Shown: positions 16,466-26,960 of the stretch, piece after piece
How positions within the stretch are numbered: the stretch's first letter is position 1
Layout of the letters: each line of letters opens with the position of its first letter
IMG/VR virus record: IMGVR_UViG_3300029288_000056
Coordinates: 233,329 to 297,328 of that record
DNA length: 64,000 bases
Direction: 5' to 3' (one strand)
Source: a virus
Taxonomy: Duplodnaviria; Caudoviricetes
Notes under the pieces: model-generated
What the model was told of the DNA's origin: nothing
Seen by the model: only the letters and a program-made list of their open reading frames with translations
Database searches by the model: none
Translations under genes and position numbers: made by a program

Positions 16466-17376
16466 TTTTTCTCCTCATGATAATCACACGGGACGGACAC
16501 GTCGTATGGCATATTCCCCATCATTTTTACCTTAATCATTAACCCAGTCCCCTTGCACTTTGGGCAATCCTTATGATTATTAACTATTTCCTCTTGTTGA
16601 GGAATGATAGATAAATACCCAAACTTCTTTAGATTCGCAAAGTTATCAAAAGAGAGGAAATGCACGAGGTCTAAGGTACTTCTTAATTTTGAATAGTAGT
16701 CGTCTTTTGTGCTATTAACACCGCGTATTGAGCTTGTGATGTGATGCAAATCAAACCCAGCTATTATAGCTTCTCTTAATATCGATTTTAACATGTTACA
16801 ATCTCTAGTTATTCTTCTATCAAACTTTATTTTTAGATTCTGTGACTCATTCCAAACTCTAGTAGTTATATCAAAGAATTCTAAAATTTTTTCATTCATA
16901 TGTATTTTATTCTTATTGTTGTTCTTCTTATTATTAGGTGTATCGCAACTACTTATTTCCCTTATAGTTACATCATCGGTTGTTTGCTGTTCGTCTGTAG
17001 TTCGCCCGTTGTTCGTATGCTGTTCGCCCTTATCGCACTCAGAACTATAACAGAATAAAAGAGTTAATATAGTATAACGTTGCTTGCTGGTCGTCTGTAT
17101 TGCGTTTGCGTATCGCTTTAGGAAGTTATCAACCTTTGATCTACTCCAGCGCCAATTTTCCGCCAACTTACCTAGGGTAGTTAACACGTCCCATCTTTTT
17201 AGTAAGACCCCATCTCTAACACGATCCTGTTTCTCGGCTTGGTGCATTAAGTCATAAGCCGCCTCTATCTCAGTAAACGGTTTACCACTTTTATCCAATT
17301 CCCGCCAAAGAACACCATCTCTAAAACCATTTGGCACCCTCAGATGCCCACCCATATTAGGGTTAGAAAGACTCAA
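16462..17376 (-). CDS. Putative replication initiator/helicase-loader-like protein
   Basis: N-terminal wHTH-like (LAENWRWSRSKVDNFLK), low-complexity linker, C-terminal CPKCKGTG..PC; upstream of dnaB. Confidence 0.6.
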   Translation of the reverse strand: MSLSNPNMGGHLRVPNGFRDGVLWRELDKSGKPFTEIEAAYDLMHQAEKQDRVRDGVLLKRWDVLTTLGKLAENWRWSRSKVDNFLKRYANAIQTTSKQRYTILTLLFCYSSECDKGEQHTNNGRTTDEQQTTDDVTIREISSCDTPNNKKNNNKNKIHMNEKILEFFDITTRVWNESQNLKIKFDRRITRDCNMLKSILREAIIAGFDLHHITSSIRGVNSTKDDYYSKLRSTLDLVHFLSFDNFANLKKFGYLSIIPQQEEIVNNHKDCPKCKGTGLMIKVKMMGNMPYDVSVPCDYHEEKK

Positions 17377-19052
17377 AACAGCTCCTCTTGTTGTTGTTTT
17401 TTACTTTTTCTTTTTTTACCACGTTGTTTATAAATCTCGACGATTTCCTCTTGGAAATTTTCGTCGCACAACAGGCTCTCGGAGCTCTCTTTCATAATCT
17501 CTCTCTTTTGGTCAACTTTATCCATAATGTATTTATCTATTGTATTATCACCCAATAAATAATAAACGGTTACGGGTTTAGTCTGGCCATCTCTGTGACA
17601 TCTATCCTCACACTGTCTTAATTCGCCGAAAGTCCACCACAACTCTGTCATTAAAATATTACTAGCGGCCTTAAGATTGTTCAACCCTAGGCCCGCTACT
17701 TTTATAGAGCATATAATCAACTGACAGTTTGGGTCTTGAAACTTTTCTGACTGTAAATACCTTTCGTCTTGACTATCTTCCTGAACTATGTGAGCTGCGT
17801 CAGGAAATGCCTTAATTAAAGCCGCTGACATCTCTTTGTGATAAGTGAAGACTACTAGCTTTTCTTCTGAATCTAAAAATTCCTTAATCCACTCTATAGC
17901 CGGCTGTATCTTACCTCTCCCAACCTCAACATACAATTTACCGACCTTTAACATTGCCGGGATAGTTTCGTCCCCATCAACATCATCGTATTCTTCAGGG
18001 TTGGTTATATCCACATAAACGTGCGCTATTTGTTTTGGAGGTAGTTCTGTTAAAACCTGATCCTTGGATCTCCTTATATATCCCCCGTAGCCCCTCAATT
18101 TTTCATTAAGCTCTCTTAGATTGGAGCTACCAGAAGTATCCCAAATCTTTTTTCTCACAGGCACAGCCATGCCTGTTTCCTCGTTCTTAACTTTCATCCA
18201 TACATCTTTTTGGTAAGCGGCACAATAACGCTTTACAAATCCAAACCAACCGCCGAACTGATCTAATTTTTTTACGATTTGTAACAAGGGAATCAGTTCT
18301 GATGGCCTATTTAAGACCGGTGTTCCTGTTAGTAACCAAACATACTGGCAGAAGTTTGAAAGGTGGAGTGAAAGCTTAGTCCTCTTGGATGACGGGGTCT
18401 TAAGCCAGTGAGCCTCGTCAAAGATAAGAGACTTTAATCCTACTTCCATAAGTGGTTTTAAATATTTATCCAACGACTCATAGTTCGTTATATACATTAA
18501 ATCTTCACGGCCAATATCTGATACACTATTTATAACACAAGGCTCAAGCTCTGATGTCCATTTTTCTATCTCATGCTGCCAATTTAGCTTAATTGTGGCT
18601 GGGCACACAACGAGTGACGGTAAAAGGTTACTAGTATATATAGCTGCTATTGCCTCTACCGTTTTACCAATCCCCATCTCGTCACCAACAATACATTTCT
18701 TATTGTCTAACATGTACTTCACGCCGGTTCGTTGATAGGGTCTCAGTGGTAAATTAAGTCCCTCAACGTTAAAAACCGGCTCAGCTATAGAATTAGACTC
18801 CTCCACTAGCTCGGAGTATCGCTGTATGTAACCCTCAATCCTATCCTTATCACTGAGTACAAATCCGTAGTTCTCAGCCATCTTCAAAATAAAGTTGGCA
18901 TTTGTGTATGTTAGTGGTGCAGTCCATACCTTGCACTTAGGGTCAAACTTTCTCCCCTCCACAGACGATTTAACGATGTCCACAAGATGCGGATCGTATG
19001 GAAACTCTATCCTTATTCCATCGTCAGATACGTCTATGTATCTAATACCCAT
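17373..19052 (-). CDS. SNF2-family (HARP/SMARCAL1-like) helicase
   Basis: N-terminal FPYDP..V..VK...GRKFDP HARP-like domain; GDEMGIGKT, DEAH, LTGTP, QCEDRCHRDGQ. Confidence 0.92.
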   Translation of the reverse strand: MGIRYIDVSDDGIRIEFPYDPHLVDIVKSSVEGRKFDPKCKVWTAPLTYTNANFILKMAENYGFVLSDKDRIEGYIQRYSELVEESNSIAEPVFNVEGLNLPLRPYQRTGVKYMLDNKKCIVGDEMGIGKTVEAIAAIYTSNLLPSLVVCPATIKLNWQHEIEKWTSELEPCVINSVSDIGREDLMYITNYESLDKYLKPLMEVGLKSLIFDEAHWLKTPSSKRTKLSLHLSNFCQYVWLLTGTPVLNRPSELIPLLQIVKKLDQFGGWFGFVKRYCAAYQKDVWMKVKNEETGMAVPVRKKIWDTSGSSNLRELNEKLRGYGGYIRRSKDQVLTELPPKQIAHVYVDITNPEEYDDVDGDETIPAMLKVGKLYVEVGRGKIQPAIEWIKEFLDSEEKLVVFTYHKEMSAALIKAFPDAAHIVQEDSQDERYLQSEKFQDPNCQLIICSIKVAGLGLNNLKAASNILMTELWWTFGELRQCEDRCHRDGQTKPVTVYYLLGDNTIDKYIMDKVDQKREIMKESSESLLCDENFQEEIVEIYKQRGKKRKSKKQQQEELF

Positions 19053-19053
19053 A

Positions 19054-19416
19054 TTATTCCTGTGCTATATCTATAGTGTCTTTTCCGGCTGATGTTCTTC
19101 CCGGTTTTAATAAAACAGTGCGTTCCGCCCATTCTGTGGGATAACTAGACTTCAAAATGTTCTTCAACGCGGTTTCTTGTGTCTTGTTCGCAATCATCGG
19201 TTTAAACTGGTATCCCTTATTAACAGAACTAAAGTGAACAACAGTTCTCCATTCTCCCGCCTTTTTTCTTTTTAAAATAGGATCCCATAATTCTAAAAAT
19301 TCAAAGTCCGCACTATCAATTTTTACAGGCACCGACTTACCTTTTAAATCACTGCATCTCAGCCATTTACCTTGATGAATATCTTCTACGGTGGTTGGTT
19401 TAGGTGGTATTTCCAT
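19054..19416 (-). CDS. Hypothetical protein, possibly SSB-like
   Basis: GKWLRCSDLKG N-terminus; replication context. Confidence 0.5.
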   Translation of the reverse strand: MEIPPKPTTVEDIHQGKWLRCSDLKGKSVPVKIDSADFEFLELWDPILKRKKAGEWRTVVHFSSVNKGYQFKPMIANKTQETALKNILKSSYPTEWAERTVLLKPGRTSAGKDTIDIAQE

Positions 19417-20044
19417 TACATTCCCCTTTCATTTTTTCTTGGATAGTATTAGTGTATTCGATACGATTTTTTATTTTTTCCATAATATCGCCTAAATAGA
19501 TACAAAGATTTGAGTAGTTTTGTTTTGCGCCGTCTATTATATCCATACACGAGTCCATATTGCATTGTTGCATAGCGAGATCTAGATCTTTTGTCAACGT
19601 ACCAAAGGACACATCCACATTGTCTAATAAACTAACGATCTCAATAACTAATGACTTTTCAAATCCAACTATATCATTTTTAATTTCGATTAAAAGCTCC
19701 TCGTAAGGCATATTAGATGAATAATTTGCCCTGATTTTAATTACTAAGTCCTCGTGATTAAACTCTTCTACCAATATACTAAGGGCCTTTTCTTTTATCG
19801 CGGCACTTATTCTATCGTAACAATCAATGGATTTTTGCAGGGTGGGTGATATACCTTTTTCTTTAAACTTCACTATCAATAGATCTGATAGTATACCATT
19901 CTTTTGCATAGAGGCGTAGTAATCCACACCGTCTATAGCAAAGCCAATAACGATACTTTCATCAGTATAGCCGTATTCTTTTCTCAGATCATTTATAAGA
20001 GAAAGAGCTATATCATCTATATCGTCTTTATACAAGTTATTCAT
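19400..20044 (-). CDS. Hypothetical protein
   Basis: 214-aa ORF in operon. Confidence 0.65.
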   Translation of the reverse strand: MNNLYKDDIDDIALSLINDLRKEYGYTDESIVIGFAIDGVDYYASMQKNGILSDLLIVKFKEKGISPTLQKSIDCYDRISAAIKEKALSILVEEFNHEDLVIKIRANYSSNMPYEELLIEIKNDIVGFEKSLVIEIVSLLDNVDVSFGTLTKDLDLAMQQCNMDSCMDIIDGAKQNYSNLCIYLGDIMEKIKNRIEYTNTIQEKMKGECNGNTT

Positions 20045-20618
20045 TATCTACAATTCTTTTTACTTCTATAAAATCACATTTAAAATATTCTACCATGTCC
20101 CCAACACTATAACCCATCGAGTTCAGCTTCTTAATTATCATATCTCTTTCACTGGTAATCTTATCTCCGTAAATTTCTCCAATGTATTTTTCAGGGACAT
20201 CGGTGATAGCCTTAATCATTCTAGATATCGGTGGCTCTATCTTCCAAACTTTTTTAAGCGCTTGCCTAACACCGTAAACCCTCATTCCAAATCTCTCTGC
20301 AATAGCCTTCGCGGTCCACCCATCTAGATACATTTCGGCGATCATTTCCCAACGCTGATAAGCGAGATACCGGTTAGATAGACAGCCGCCATATAACTCA
20401 GGAGGGCAGGAAGGTGGTGATGTTTTTTTCAAATCCTTATATTGCCCGCGGTTCCTAATGCACGTCTGAAACTCTATCTTATAATTAGTCATATTTCTTG
20501 GTGTAGCCATGTCGATATCACCAACATAGATAGATCTTGCTTTCTTATAGGAAATTTGATGTGCATATTTTACTATGCCGTCCTTTTTGAGGCGACGGTG
20601 AGACAATTCAATTATCAT
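20037..20618 (-). CDS. HTH DNA-binding protein
   Basis: MYLDGWTAKAIAERFG plus a second HTH-like repeat. Confidence 0.6.
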   Translation of the reverse strand: MIIELSHRRLKKDGIVKYAHQISYKKARSIYVGDIDMATPRNMTNYKIEFQTCIRNRGQYKDLKKTSPPSCPPELYGGCLSNRYLAYQRWEMIAEMYLDGWTAKAIAERFGMRVYGVRQALKKVWKIEPPISRMIKAITDVPEKYIGEIYGDKITSERDMIIKKLNSMGYSVGDMVEYFKCDFIEVKRIVDNE

Positions 20619-21017
20619 TTATTCCTTTTTAAAACAAATAGGACATTGTCTAAAAGTTCTTTTGCCTTCAGTATCGGTTTGTATTCCAAACTCAAGATCT
20701 ATTCCGGTACCTTTGCATTTAGGGCATATTAAAGGTTTTGGCATTTCCTTGATCGACGTATCTATCTCCTCATGTTTAAACACTTCTTGGGTCTCATCAT
20801 CTATAAGATCTATAGAGCAGACTGCACCCTTAACAGTGTTAACAACCTTAACACGATTATGTCCCCTAAAATCATCCAGAGAGATTATCTGCTTTGGAAT
20901 ACCTAGGTCCCTAAACAACCATGATAATTCCTTTTCGTTAAAGGCTTGTTCTTTTACCACGAAAGGTCTGGGCGAATCAAACTCAAGGACTATGATTGTG
21001 CTACATGATTTAAACAT
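20619..21017 (-). CDS. Hypothetical protein with C-terminal CPKCKGTG zinc finger
   Basis: CPKC...CPIC. Confidence 0.6.
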   Translation of the reverse strand: MFKSCSTIIVLEFDSPRPFVVKEQAFNEKELSWLFRDLGIPKQIISLDDFRGHNRVKVVNTVKGAVCSIDLIDDETQEVFKHEEIDTSIKEMPKPLICPKCKGTGIDLEFGIQTDTEGKRTFRQCPICFKKE

Positions 21018-21509
21018 TTATTCTCCTAAGACTATAAATTCATTTCCTTGTAACATAACTGACACTCTATTATTTGGGTCCATAGATGGCACAAATATCC
21101 ACGCTTTACAACCGCCGATTTGTGTTATTTTATCCATATCATCTGCGTGAACGTATATATCCACCCTATTAGTATGATTTTTTCTAATATGATCATTTTT
21201 TATCGTTAGAAAATACCCGAACTTTGGGTGCCACACTAATATAATCGCTCCATCAGGAACTCCGTTAAGTGCGCATTCACCAATAGACAGTCTTTTATCG
21301 CTGCACCCAACAAATTCACCCTCATCATAGCTATAGCCAGTTACCGAGTCTATGTAAGGAATCGGTTTCCAGTAATCATCAAAGCTCTTTTTAGGAGCAT
21401 GCGCAGTATGTGCACTATTCCGATGTTTAAAGGTAAACCCCTTCACACTGGAATACGCACCCAGTAAAGACAGTACCGCTAATATAATTATGAATTTTCG
21501 CATTATCAA
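21018..21509 (-). CDS. Secreted 3D-domain-like protein, paralog of 12114-12719
   Basis: Shared VTGY, LVWHP.FG.F, NR.DI motifs; signal peptide. Confidence 0.6.
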   Translation of the reverse strand: MIMRKFIIILAVLSLLGAYSSVKGFTFKHRNSAHTAHAPKKSFDDYWKPIPYIDSVTGYSYDEGEFVGCSDKRLSIGECALNGVPDGAIILVWHPKFGYFLTIKNDHIRKNHTNRVDIYVHADDMDKITQIGGCKAWIFVPSMDPNNRVSVMLQGNEFIVLGE

Positions 21510-21907
21510 TTATTAGATGATAATATACTTCTGAATTCACTCGCTGTTCCCCTAAGTTCATCAAAGAATTGCTTTGAATTAGTTACAATAGTTATGGTCT
21601 CGTATATTCTAATAATCATTTTTTTCATATATTTTAGCTTTTCAATCACGGCTGTTTTTTTATGTTCATCTTCGATAAAAGCCGCGGCCCTTTTTATAGC
21701 GTCAATTTCCCATAATAAACCGTGTGATTTATAATTTCCAAAGGGCTGTTTTATTTCAAAGCCAATTATAGTGTTTATTATATCTTCAAGATATTTACTT
21801 TCGCCGGTTAAAACCATGTGCAACGAATCAATCATTGTATTCAATTCGTTAAACACCGCCTGCCACCGATGAGACAGTCGTGCAAGTAATAATTTTTGTT
21901 TATCCAT
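21506..21907 (-). CDS. Hypothetical protein
   Basis: 133-aa ORF. Confidence 0.65.
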   Translation of the reverse strand: MDKQKLLLARLSHRWQAVFNELNTMIDSLHMVLTGESKYLEDIINTIIGFEIKQPFGNYKSHGLLWEIDAIKRAAAFIEDEHKKTAVIEKLKYMKKMIIRIYETITIVTNSKQFFDELRGTASEFRSILSSNN

Positions 21908-22264
21908 TTACCCTTCCTCAAATTCCCCAGACTGGGGTGACACTAAAGCTATAAAACCTATCTCTTCCCCATTTTTACGATAAACATTTACTTCTGTTTT
22001 ATCTGTTCGGGGGATAACACTAACACTATACATGGGTGTTATTTCAATTGAGCGGCCGAGGTGTGAATAACGTATATTTGGCTTCCAAAACGCTATTTCC
22101 ACATCCTCGTGTTGGGCCTTTAGTATGGATAAGTGTCTCTTCTTATCATAAGAAGCTGAGATTATCCAACTTCCTCCCTTTGGGTTACTAAGTGGTACGT
22201 CACCAACCATAAAGGGGTCACGAACCTCAATAATATCAACAAACTCTTCGTTTTCTATAAACAT
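21908..22264 (-). CDS. Hypothetical protein
   Basis: 118-aa ORF after a repeated promoter (-35 at 22307-22312). Confidence 0.65.
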   Translation of the reverse strand: MFIENEEFVDIIEVRDPFMVGDVPLSNPKGGSWIISASYDKKRHLSILKAQHEDVEIAFWKPNIRYSHLGRSIEITPMYSVSVIPRTDKTEVNVYRKNGEEIGFIALVSPQSGEFEEG

Positions 22265-22308
22265 TTTCTCACTCCTTGGACATATAGTAACACACTTTAT
22301 CTAAAAAG

Positions 22309-23958
22309 TCAAGCCTTTTTTCTCATCCCAACGATCTTTTTTATACCGGTTTCGAATTGGCCACTTTGCTTAGTCTCGCGAATAACAGACAAAACCTGAA
22401 CAAGCTTATTAATATTGTTCAAGGACCTTTCGTCGTTTTTGTCACTAAGAGCCTCTATAGCCTTTATTACTGCCCTATGTTTTATGTTTAGCATCAACTC
22501 GTAGGGATTGGAGCCGTTAGTTCCTATCACTGAAGATAGCTCCCGTCTGTCAAATTCTATTCCGTGTATATAGTCCCATAATGGTCTGTATTGTATATCG
22601 TCAGATCTGAAAAGCACCCCTGCGGCATCCCTTAGACCGTCGTTGTTAGACATCATAAACAATAATTTACGTTCCTCATTACTATTGGATCCTGATGATC
22701 TTTTTACAGTCGTTCTGTCAAAAACGCCCTTATTTTTAACAGAATCCTTTGACACCCCCACGGCATTACAATATACACCTAAGAGCTCATCTCTATACAC
22801 CGGATCGGGTATTGAGAGTAACACCTTTTCAATCGCTCTCCCGTAACGGCTATTACTGGCGAAATCACTATCCCTAAAATTCAAAAAGTATTCAACGGGG
22901 TTGATAGAATCCCTTATAACTTTATGGGTTTTCTTGTCACCGAATTCTCTCACAAAGTCGTCGGGATCGTATCCTTGTTTCATTACACATACCTCAACCT
23001 CAAATCCCATTTCTAATAAAATCTTAATGCTTTTACGGTTCGCTTTTATACCAGCATCATCCGCATCAAAAAGTAACTTCACCTTATCGGTAAAACGTCT
23101 TAGTAGATACGCCTGATTCTCCGTTATATTAGAACACATTATACCGACAGCCATATCCACACCAATTTGATGAAGAGATATTACATCAAAGTAACCCTCT
23201 GTGATTACCACAAACCCGTTTCTCCTGATGGATTGCTTGGCTTGATGTAGCCCAAAGACTATACCGTCCTTGTGAAAGACCTCAGTGCTTGGTGAGTTCA
23301 GATACTTAGTAGCATTATCTCTAATAGTTCTCGCCCCAAACCCAACTAGTTTTCCAATATGATCCCTGATGGGTATGATAAGACGATTAGAAAACATCTC
23401 TACAATCTTACCGTTTTCCGTTCCATCTTCCAGTTTTTTTACTAATCCAGCGTCTATGATAACTTGATTGTCTATACTATGGTTATTGAGGTGAACAATT
23501 AAGCTGGTATTACTAGGGAAATAACCTAGCTCCCATTTATCAATATCATCGGGAGTGATGGCTCTTTTCATTAAAAAGTTTATAGCATCCGATCCGACAT
23601 TTCCTGTGATTTTATTTTTAAAAAACTCATTTGCTAATTCAAGGGCCTTTGTGGTGGGTCTTTCGGGAATATCATCTTTTATTTCAATACCAGCTTTTTT
23701 TGCTAATATTACGACGGCTTCCTTAAACGTAACATTTTCAGACTCTTGGATATAACTGAAGATGTCCCCACTCTTATCACAACCAAAACAACGCCATAGA
23801 TTCTTATCTACATCTATAGATAAGGATGGTTTTGTATCTTTATGAAAAGGGCAAATACACATCATCCGCCCGTAAGACTTCTTAACGACGGTGGAAGTGG
23901 ATATAAGATCCTCTATCCTGATTTTTGAGTTTATCTCTTCTCTGAGTTTTTTATTCAT
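22309..23958 (-). CDS. dnaG: DNA primase
   Basis: CHC2 Zn finger CPFHKDTKPS..CFGC, KYLNSP, TEGYFDVI, FDADDAG TOPRIM, DPDD. Confidence 0.96.
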   Translation of the reverse strand: MNKKLREEINSKIRIEDLISTSTVVKKSYGRMMCICPFHKDTKPSLSIDVDKNLWRCFGCDKSGDIFSYIQESENVTFKEAVVILAKKAGIEIKDDIPERPTTKALELANEFFKNKITGNVGSDAINFLMKRAITPDDIDKWELGYFPSNTSLIVHLNNHSIDNQVIIDAGLVKKLEDGTENGKIVEMFSNRLIIPIRDHIGKLVGFGARTIRDNATKYLNSPSTEVFHKDGIVFGLHQAKQSIRRNGFVVITEGYFDVISLHQIGVDMAVGIMCSNITENQAYLLRRFTDKVKLLFDADDAGIKANRKSIKILLEMGFEVEVCVMKQGYDPDDFVREFGDKKTHKVIRDSINPVEYFLNFRDSDFASNSRYGRAIEKVLLSIPDPVYRDELLGVYCNAVGVSKDSVKNKGVFDRTTVKRSSGSNSNEERKLLFMMSNNDGLRDAAGVLFRSDDIQYRPLWDYIHGIEFDRRELSSVIGTNGSNPYELMLNIKHRAVIKAIEALSDKNDERSLNNINKLVQVLSVIRETKQSGQFETGIKKIVGMRKKA

Positions 23959-24298
23959 GATGTAGAATTTTGTCTAACTGAACCATTCTTCCGGGTAGTA
24001 TTTCCTCTATAAATTTTTTCTTAGCTTCGACACCTAGTAATACATGATCGTATTCAAAGTGGTGTTTCGTACACATTGGGAGAATGTTGAGTAGTTCTAG
24101 TTTCATTTCTGGATAGGCCCCTACACCCAAGAGGTGTGCTGGTGTTATATCACAGGAATTGCACCGGAAACACTTAATCATTGGTTTATCATCGTCATAA
24201 AAACCAACGTGATAAGGCTCAAGCGCTTTGTTTTTTACTTCTAGGTACTCTGGGCTTCTTCGCCAAGGTACTTTTTTTGATGAAGATTTTTTTGCCAA
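23951..24298 (-). CDS. HNH-like/NinG-like nuclease
   Basis: CFRC...AHL...NILPMCTKHH. Confidence 0.55.
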   Translation of the reverse strand: MAKKSSSKKVPWRRSPEYLEVKNKALEPYHVGFYDDDKPMIKCFRCNSCDITPAHLLGVGAYPEMKLELLNILPMCTKHHFEYDHVLLGVEAKKKFIEEILPGRMVQLDKILHHE

Positions 24299-24494
24299 AT
24301 TGACACTCCCATCCTTTATAATCTGGGTCGTTGATATCTTTTACATAAAAGAGCGGGCACCTTATATTGTAACAGCCCATCTCTTTTCTGGATGGACAAT
24401 ATATTTTACCAAAGTCTCCTTCACTTTCAATTATAACTAATTTTTCCTCTATCAAATCACAAACATCAGTCTTGATTAACCACATAATATACAC
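24219..24494 (-). CDS. Hypothetical Cys-containing protein
   Basis: 91-aa ORF. Confidence 0.5.
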   Translation of the reverse strand: MYIMWLIKTDVCDLIEEKLVIIESEGDFGKIYCPSRKEMGCYNIRCPLFYVKDINDPDYKGWECQFGKKIFIKKSTLAKKPRVPRSKKQSA

Positions 24495-25140
24495 CTTCTT
24501 GTTTAATCCTATCTAACTTTCTTTTTAAACCCCAATTTTCTCTTATCATATCTTTTTTACCCAGTAACAATAATTCCCTGTCGATGTCCCCATGACTCCA
24601 CATGCAAGCATGATTTGAAAATATCACAAACTTATACACGTCACTGGGCTTAGTAAAGTCGCCCTCAATAAAGACGACATCGTTAGTTTCCCCGCCATAG
24701 CTCAGTTTGTTTGCCGTTATAACGGTAGCGCCAGCGATCTTTCTTGGTGTTTCGGTGATCAGGGTTGTTTTATTTTTCTTTGAGATCTGTCTTATTATTT
24801 TTAACCAATCGGGTTTAGAGCACCTCAATAAGGTCCGCTGCTTTCTTAGTATGTTATTCACGGCCAACAATATTGGATCTGCTATCAAGGGCTCATTAAC
24901 CGCGAGTGTCTCGTGTATTTCCAACACTTCCCTCATATCGCGAATTTGATCGCAAACAAAACCGACGTCTTCGCATAAGATGAGAGTCTTTCTAATGTTT
25001 TCCCTTGTAGCTGGCGCATACCAAGACTTAGAATTGGGTTCGTATCTGGCGCCGCTTAACTCCTTAACCATAGCTGAAACGACCTTGTCATAGGGAAAAA
25101 CAAAGAATAAGGTGTTAGAGAGAAACTCCACCATTCTCAT
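24466..25140 (-). CDS. HARP-like-domain protein resembling the SNF2 helicase N-terminus
   Basis: FPYDKVVSAMVKELSGARYEPNSKSWYAP vs FPYDPHLVDIVKSSVEGRKFDPKCKVWTAP. Confidence 0.6.
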   Translation of the reverse strand: MRMVEFLSNTLFFVFPYDKVVSAMVKELSGARYEPNSKSWYAPATRENIRKTLILCEDVGFVCDQIRDMREVLEIHETLAVNEPLIADPILLAVNNILRKQRTLLRCSKPDWLKIIRQISKKNKTTLITETPRKIAGATVITANKLSYGGETNDVVFIEGDFTKPSDVYKFVIFSNHACMWSHGDIDRELLLLGKKDMIRENWGLKRKLDRIKQEGVYYVVNQD

Positions 25141-25517
25141 TGTAGACGGTTTTCCCGTTTGTACATGTCTAGAGAATCAAATACCACTGGGTTTTTATTG
25201 GAATCGATGGCGGCCCACTTGTTGTTCGAAAGTCTGATAGGCGGACCATACAAATGGTTACTTTGTGGCGGTGTAAAGTCTAGGGACTTGATTTCATTAA
25301 GAAGGTCTGGCTGGATCGTTCCGGCCGTCACACTCTTGAAATCGTGATCCATTCCTAACTCGGATAGGGTGAAGTTCTTCACAGCCTTAAAGACGGTATC
25401 AGGATCATCATCATCATTTAGTGCGACGCGAACTTCGAGTCTTTCTGTTTGACAGTTGCCACAATTCTTAACCGCGGTATACATTATCTCTGTTACCTTA
25501 AGATCTTTCATTCTCAA
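25137..25517 (-). CDS. Hypothetical protein
   Basis: 126-aa ORF. Confidence 0.6.
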   Translation of the reverse strand: MRMKDLKVTEIMYTAVKNCGNCQTERLEVRVALNDDDDPDTVFKAVKNFTLSELGMDHDFKSVTAGTIQPDLLNEIKSLDFTPPQSNHLYGPPIRLSNNKWAAIDSNKNPVVFDSLDMYKRENRLQ

Positions 25518-26022
25518 TCTCCTTTTTGTTTATCTTACGAAGCATTTTCTTTGCTCGGTACAACCTACTTCTCGTTGTAGCAAAACATACTCCAGTTTCA
25601 TTTGACACTTCGCCATAGCTTGACCCCTCTATGAGGATTCCACTAATGACTTTTTGGTGAATACCATTTAGTTTAGATGTCATCTTTTTGATGCGCTCTA
25701 GCATAATCTTATTTTCAACCTGACTGACTGAATCGTGAGACGTATAATCGTAATTATCAAAAAGGGGTGTCAATGTGAAGACTCTACTGACCCTTTTATT
25801 ATGATTATAGTTACCTATGTAGATAGTCTTCATGATCGTTTTTATCCAACCTATGAAGTTCGTGCCCTCTTGAAACTGCTCAGCGTATATGAAGGCGCGC
25901 ATCAGTGTGTCTTGCAACAGGTCGTCGGCTGTGTACGTATTACGGGTGAATTTACACGCGTAGCGGTGCATATCCTTTATTATTAAAGGTGTTATGAGAG
26001 ATTCAAAGCTAGACTGATCCAT
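25498..26022 (-). CDS. ECF-type RNA polymerase sigma factor
   Basis: Region 2 ADDLLQDTLMRAF..F.GWI; region 4 SYGEVS..G....TTRSRLYRAK. Confidence 0.9.
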   Translation of the reverse strand: MDQSSFESLITPLIIKDMHRYACKFTRNTYTADDLLQDTLMRAFIYAEQFQEGTNFIGWIKTIMKTIYIGNYNHNKRVSRVFTLTPLFDNYDYTSHDSVSQVENKIMLERIKKMTSKLNGIHQKVISGILIEGSSYGEVSNETGVCFATTRSRLYRAKKMLRKINKKEIENERS

Positions 26023-26030
26023 GTTTCACC

Positions 26031-26960
26031 TTATTCTGTTTTTGTTTTAAATTGACGCGGGATAGCACATGCGGTTTTTGTAAAGACTTGCCAATCTAGG
26101 TTTTGTACAATCCTGTCGCTCAACAACTCAGTAGGAACACTAAGGTCGTTGGCCATCATGTAAATTTCCTCGGGACCCAACTCTTCTAACGGAGAGACAG
26201 CGTTATTGTTAACGATCTTCAGGTTGTGAGTATGTCCCAATACGCTCATCATTGACTGACAAAGTAACTTCTTGGACAAAATAACATTAGCCAAATTCAT
26301 TTCGTGATCTGCCAGATCACAAGTGAAGGATGACCAGCTCTCTGTCATTGGAAGGTTCGAGTATACGACATTGGGATTTTGTACCAACCACTTAATCTGA
26401 AGTTCCCTAATATCCTCGTCATGCACACTAAGCTCTGTGGTCACGATTAAAACGGGGAGCTTAGTTTTTATACAAAGCAACGACAATACGATAGCCTCTA
26501 CAGATCCGTCCACTAAAACAAGAAACCCTTCACTATGAGAAGTTACTGCTATATCATTGAGCCAACCGACCAAGTAGTTAATTGTTTTTTCCGTGTTTAA
26601 CAGTTGGGGCTGTTCAATCTTTCTAATCTTCGTGATGCGCGTTAGGCCATAATCGTGCTCTTGTTTACAGACGTACCTCATAAGCTCCTTGTTGTAACCC
26701 TGAAAACCTTTCTTATATTCTACGACGTGACCGAAGAATTCAATTTTATCGCCTACACGCGGGTGAAGATCGAAAAGTGTGAGTCTACCGATCTGTAGCC
26801 AAATGTGATCAGCTAGAACTACACCGTCTTCCCCGACTAGGTTTTTTACCATCACGAACTTTTGTCCTGCGGCTTTTCCTTTTACTCCCGTCGTTATTAT
26901 CTCTATTATCCCCGTCGCTTTTATCTTCTTCCCCAACAAGGGCTCCATCTCTTTTCGCAT
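26031..26960 (-). CDS. Fusion of an unknown N-terminal domain and a degenerate NAD synthetase (NadE)-like domain
   Basis: EKTINYLVGWLND....EGFLVLVDGSVEAIVLSLLC parallels NadE N-terminus, but SGGxDS is replaced by DGSVEA. Confidence 0.5.
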   Translation of the reverse strand: MRKEMEPLLGKKIKATGIIEIITTGVKGKAAGQKFVMVKNLVGEDGVVLADHIWLQIGRLTLFDLHPRVGDKIEFFGHVVEYKKGFQGYNKELMRYVCKQEHDYGLTRITKIRKIEQPQLLNTEKTINYLVGWLNDIAVTSHSEGFLVLVDGSVEAIVLSLLCIKTKLPVLIVTTELSVHDEDIRELQIKWLVQNPNVVYSNLPMTESWSSFTCDLADHEMNLANVILSKKLLCQSMMSVLGHTHNLKIVNNNAVSPLEELGPEEIYMMANDLSVPTELLSDRIVQNLDWQVFTKTACAIPRQFKTKTE

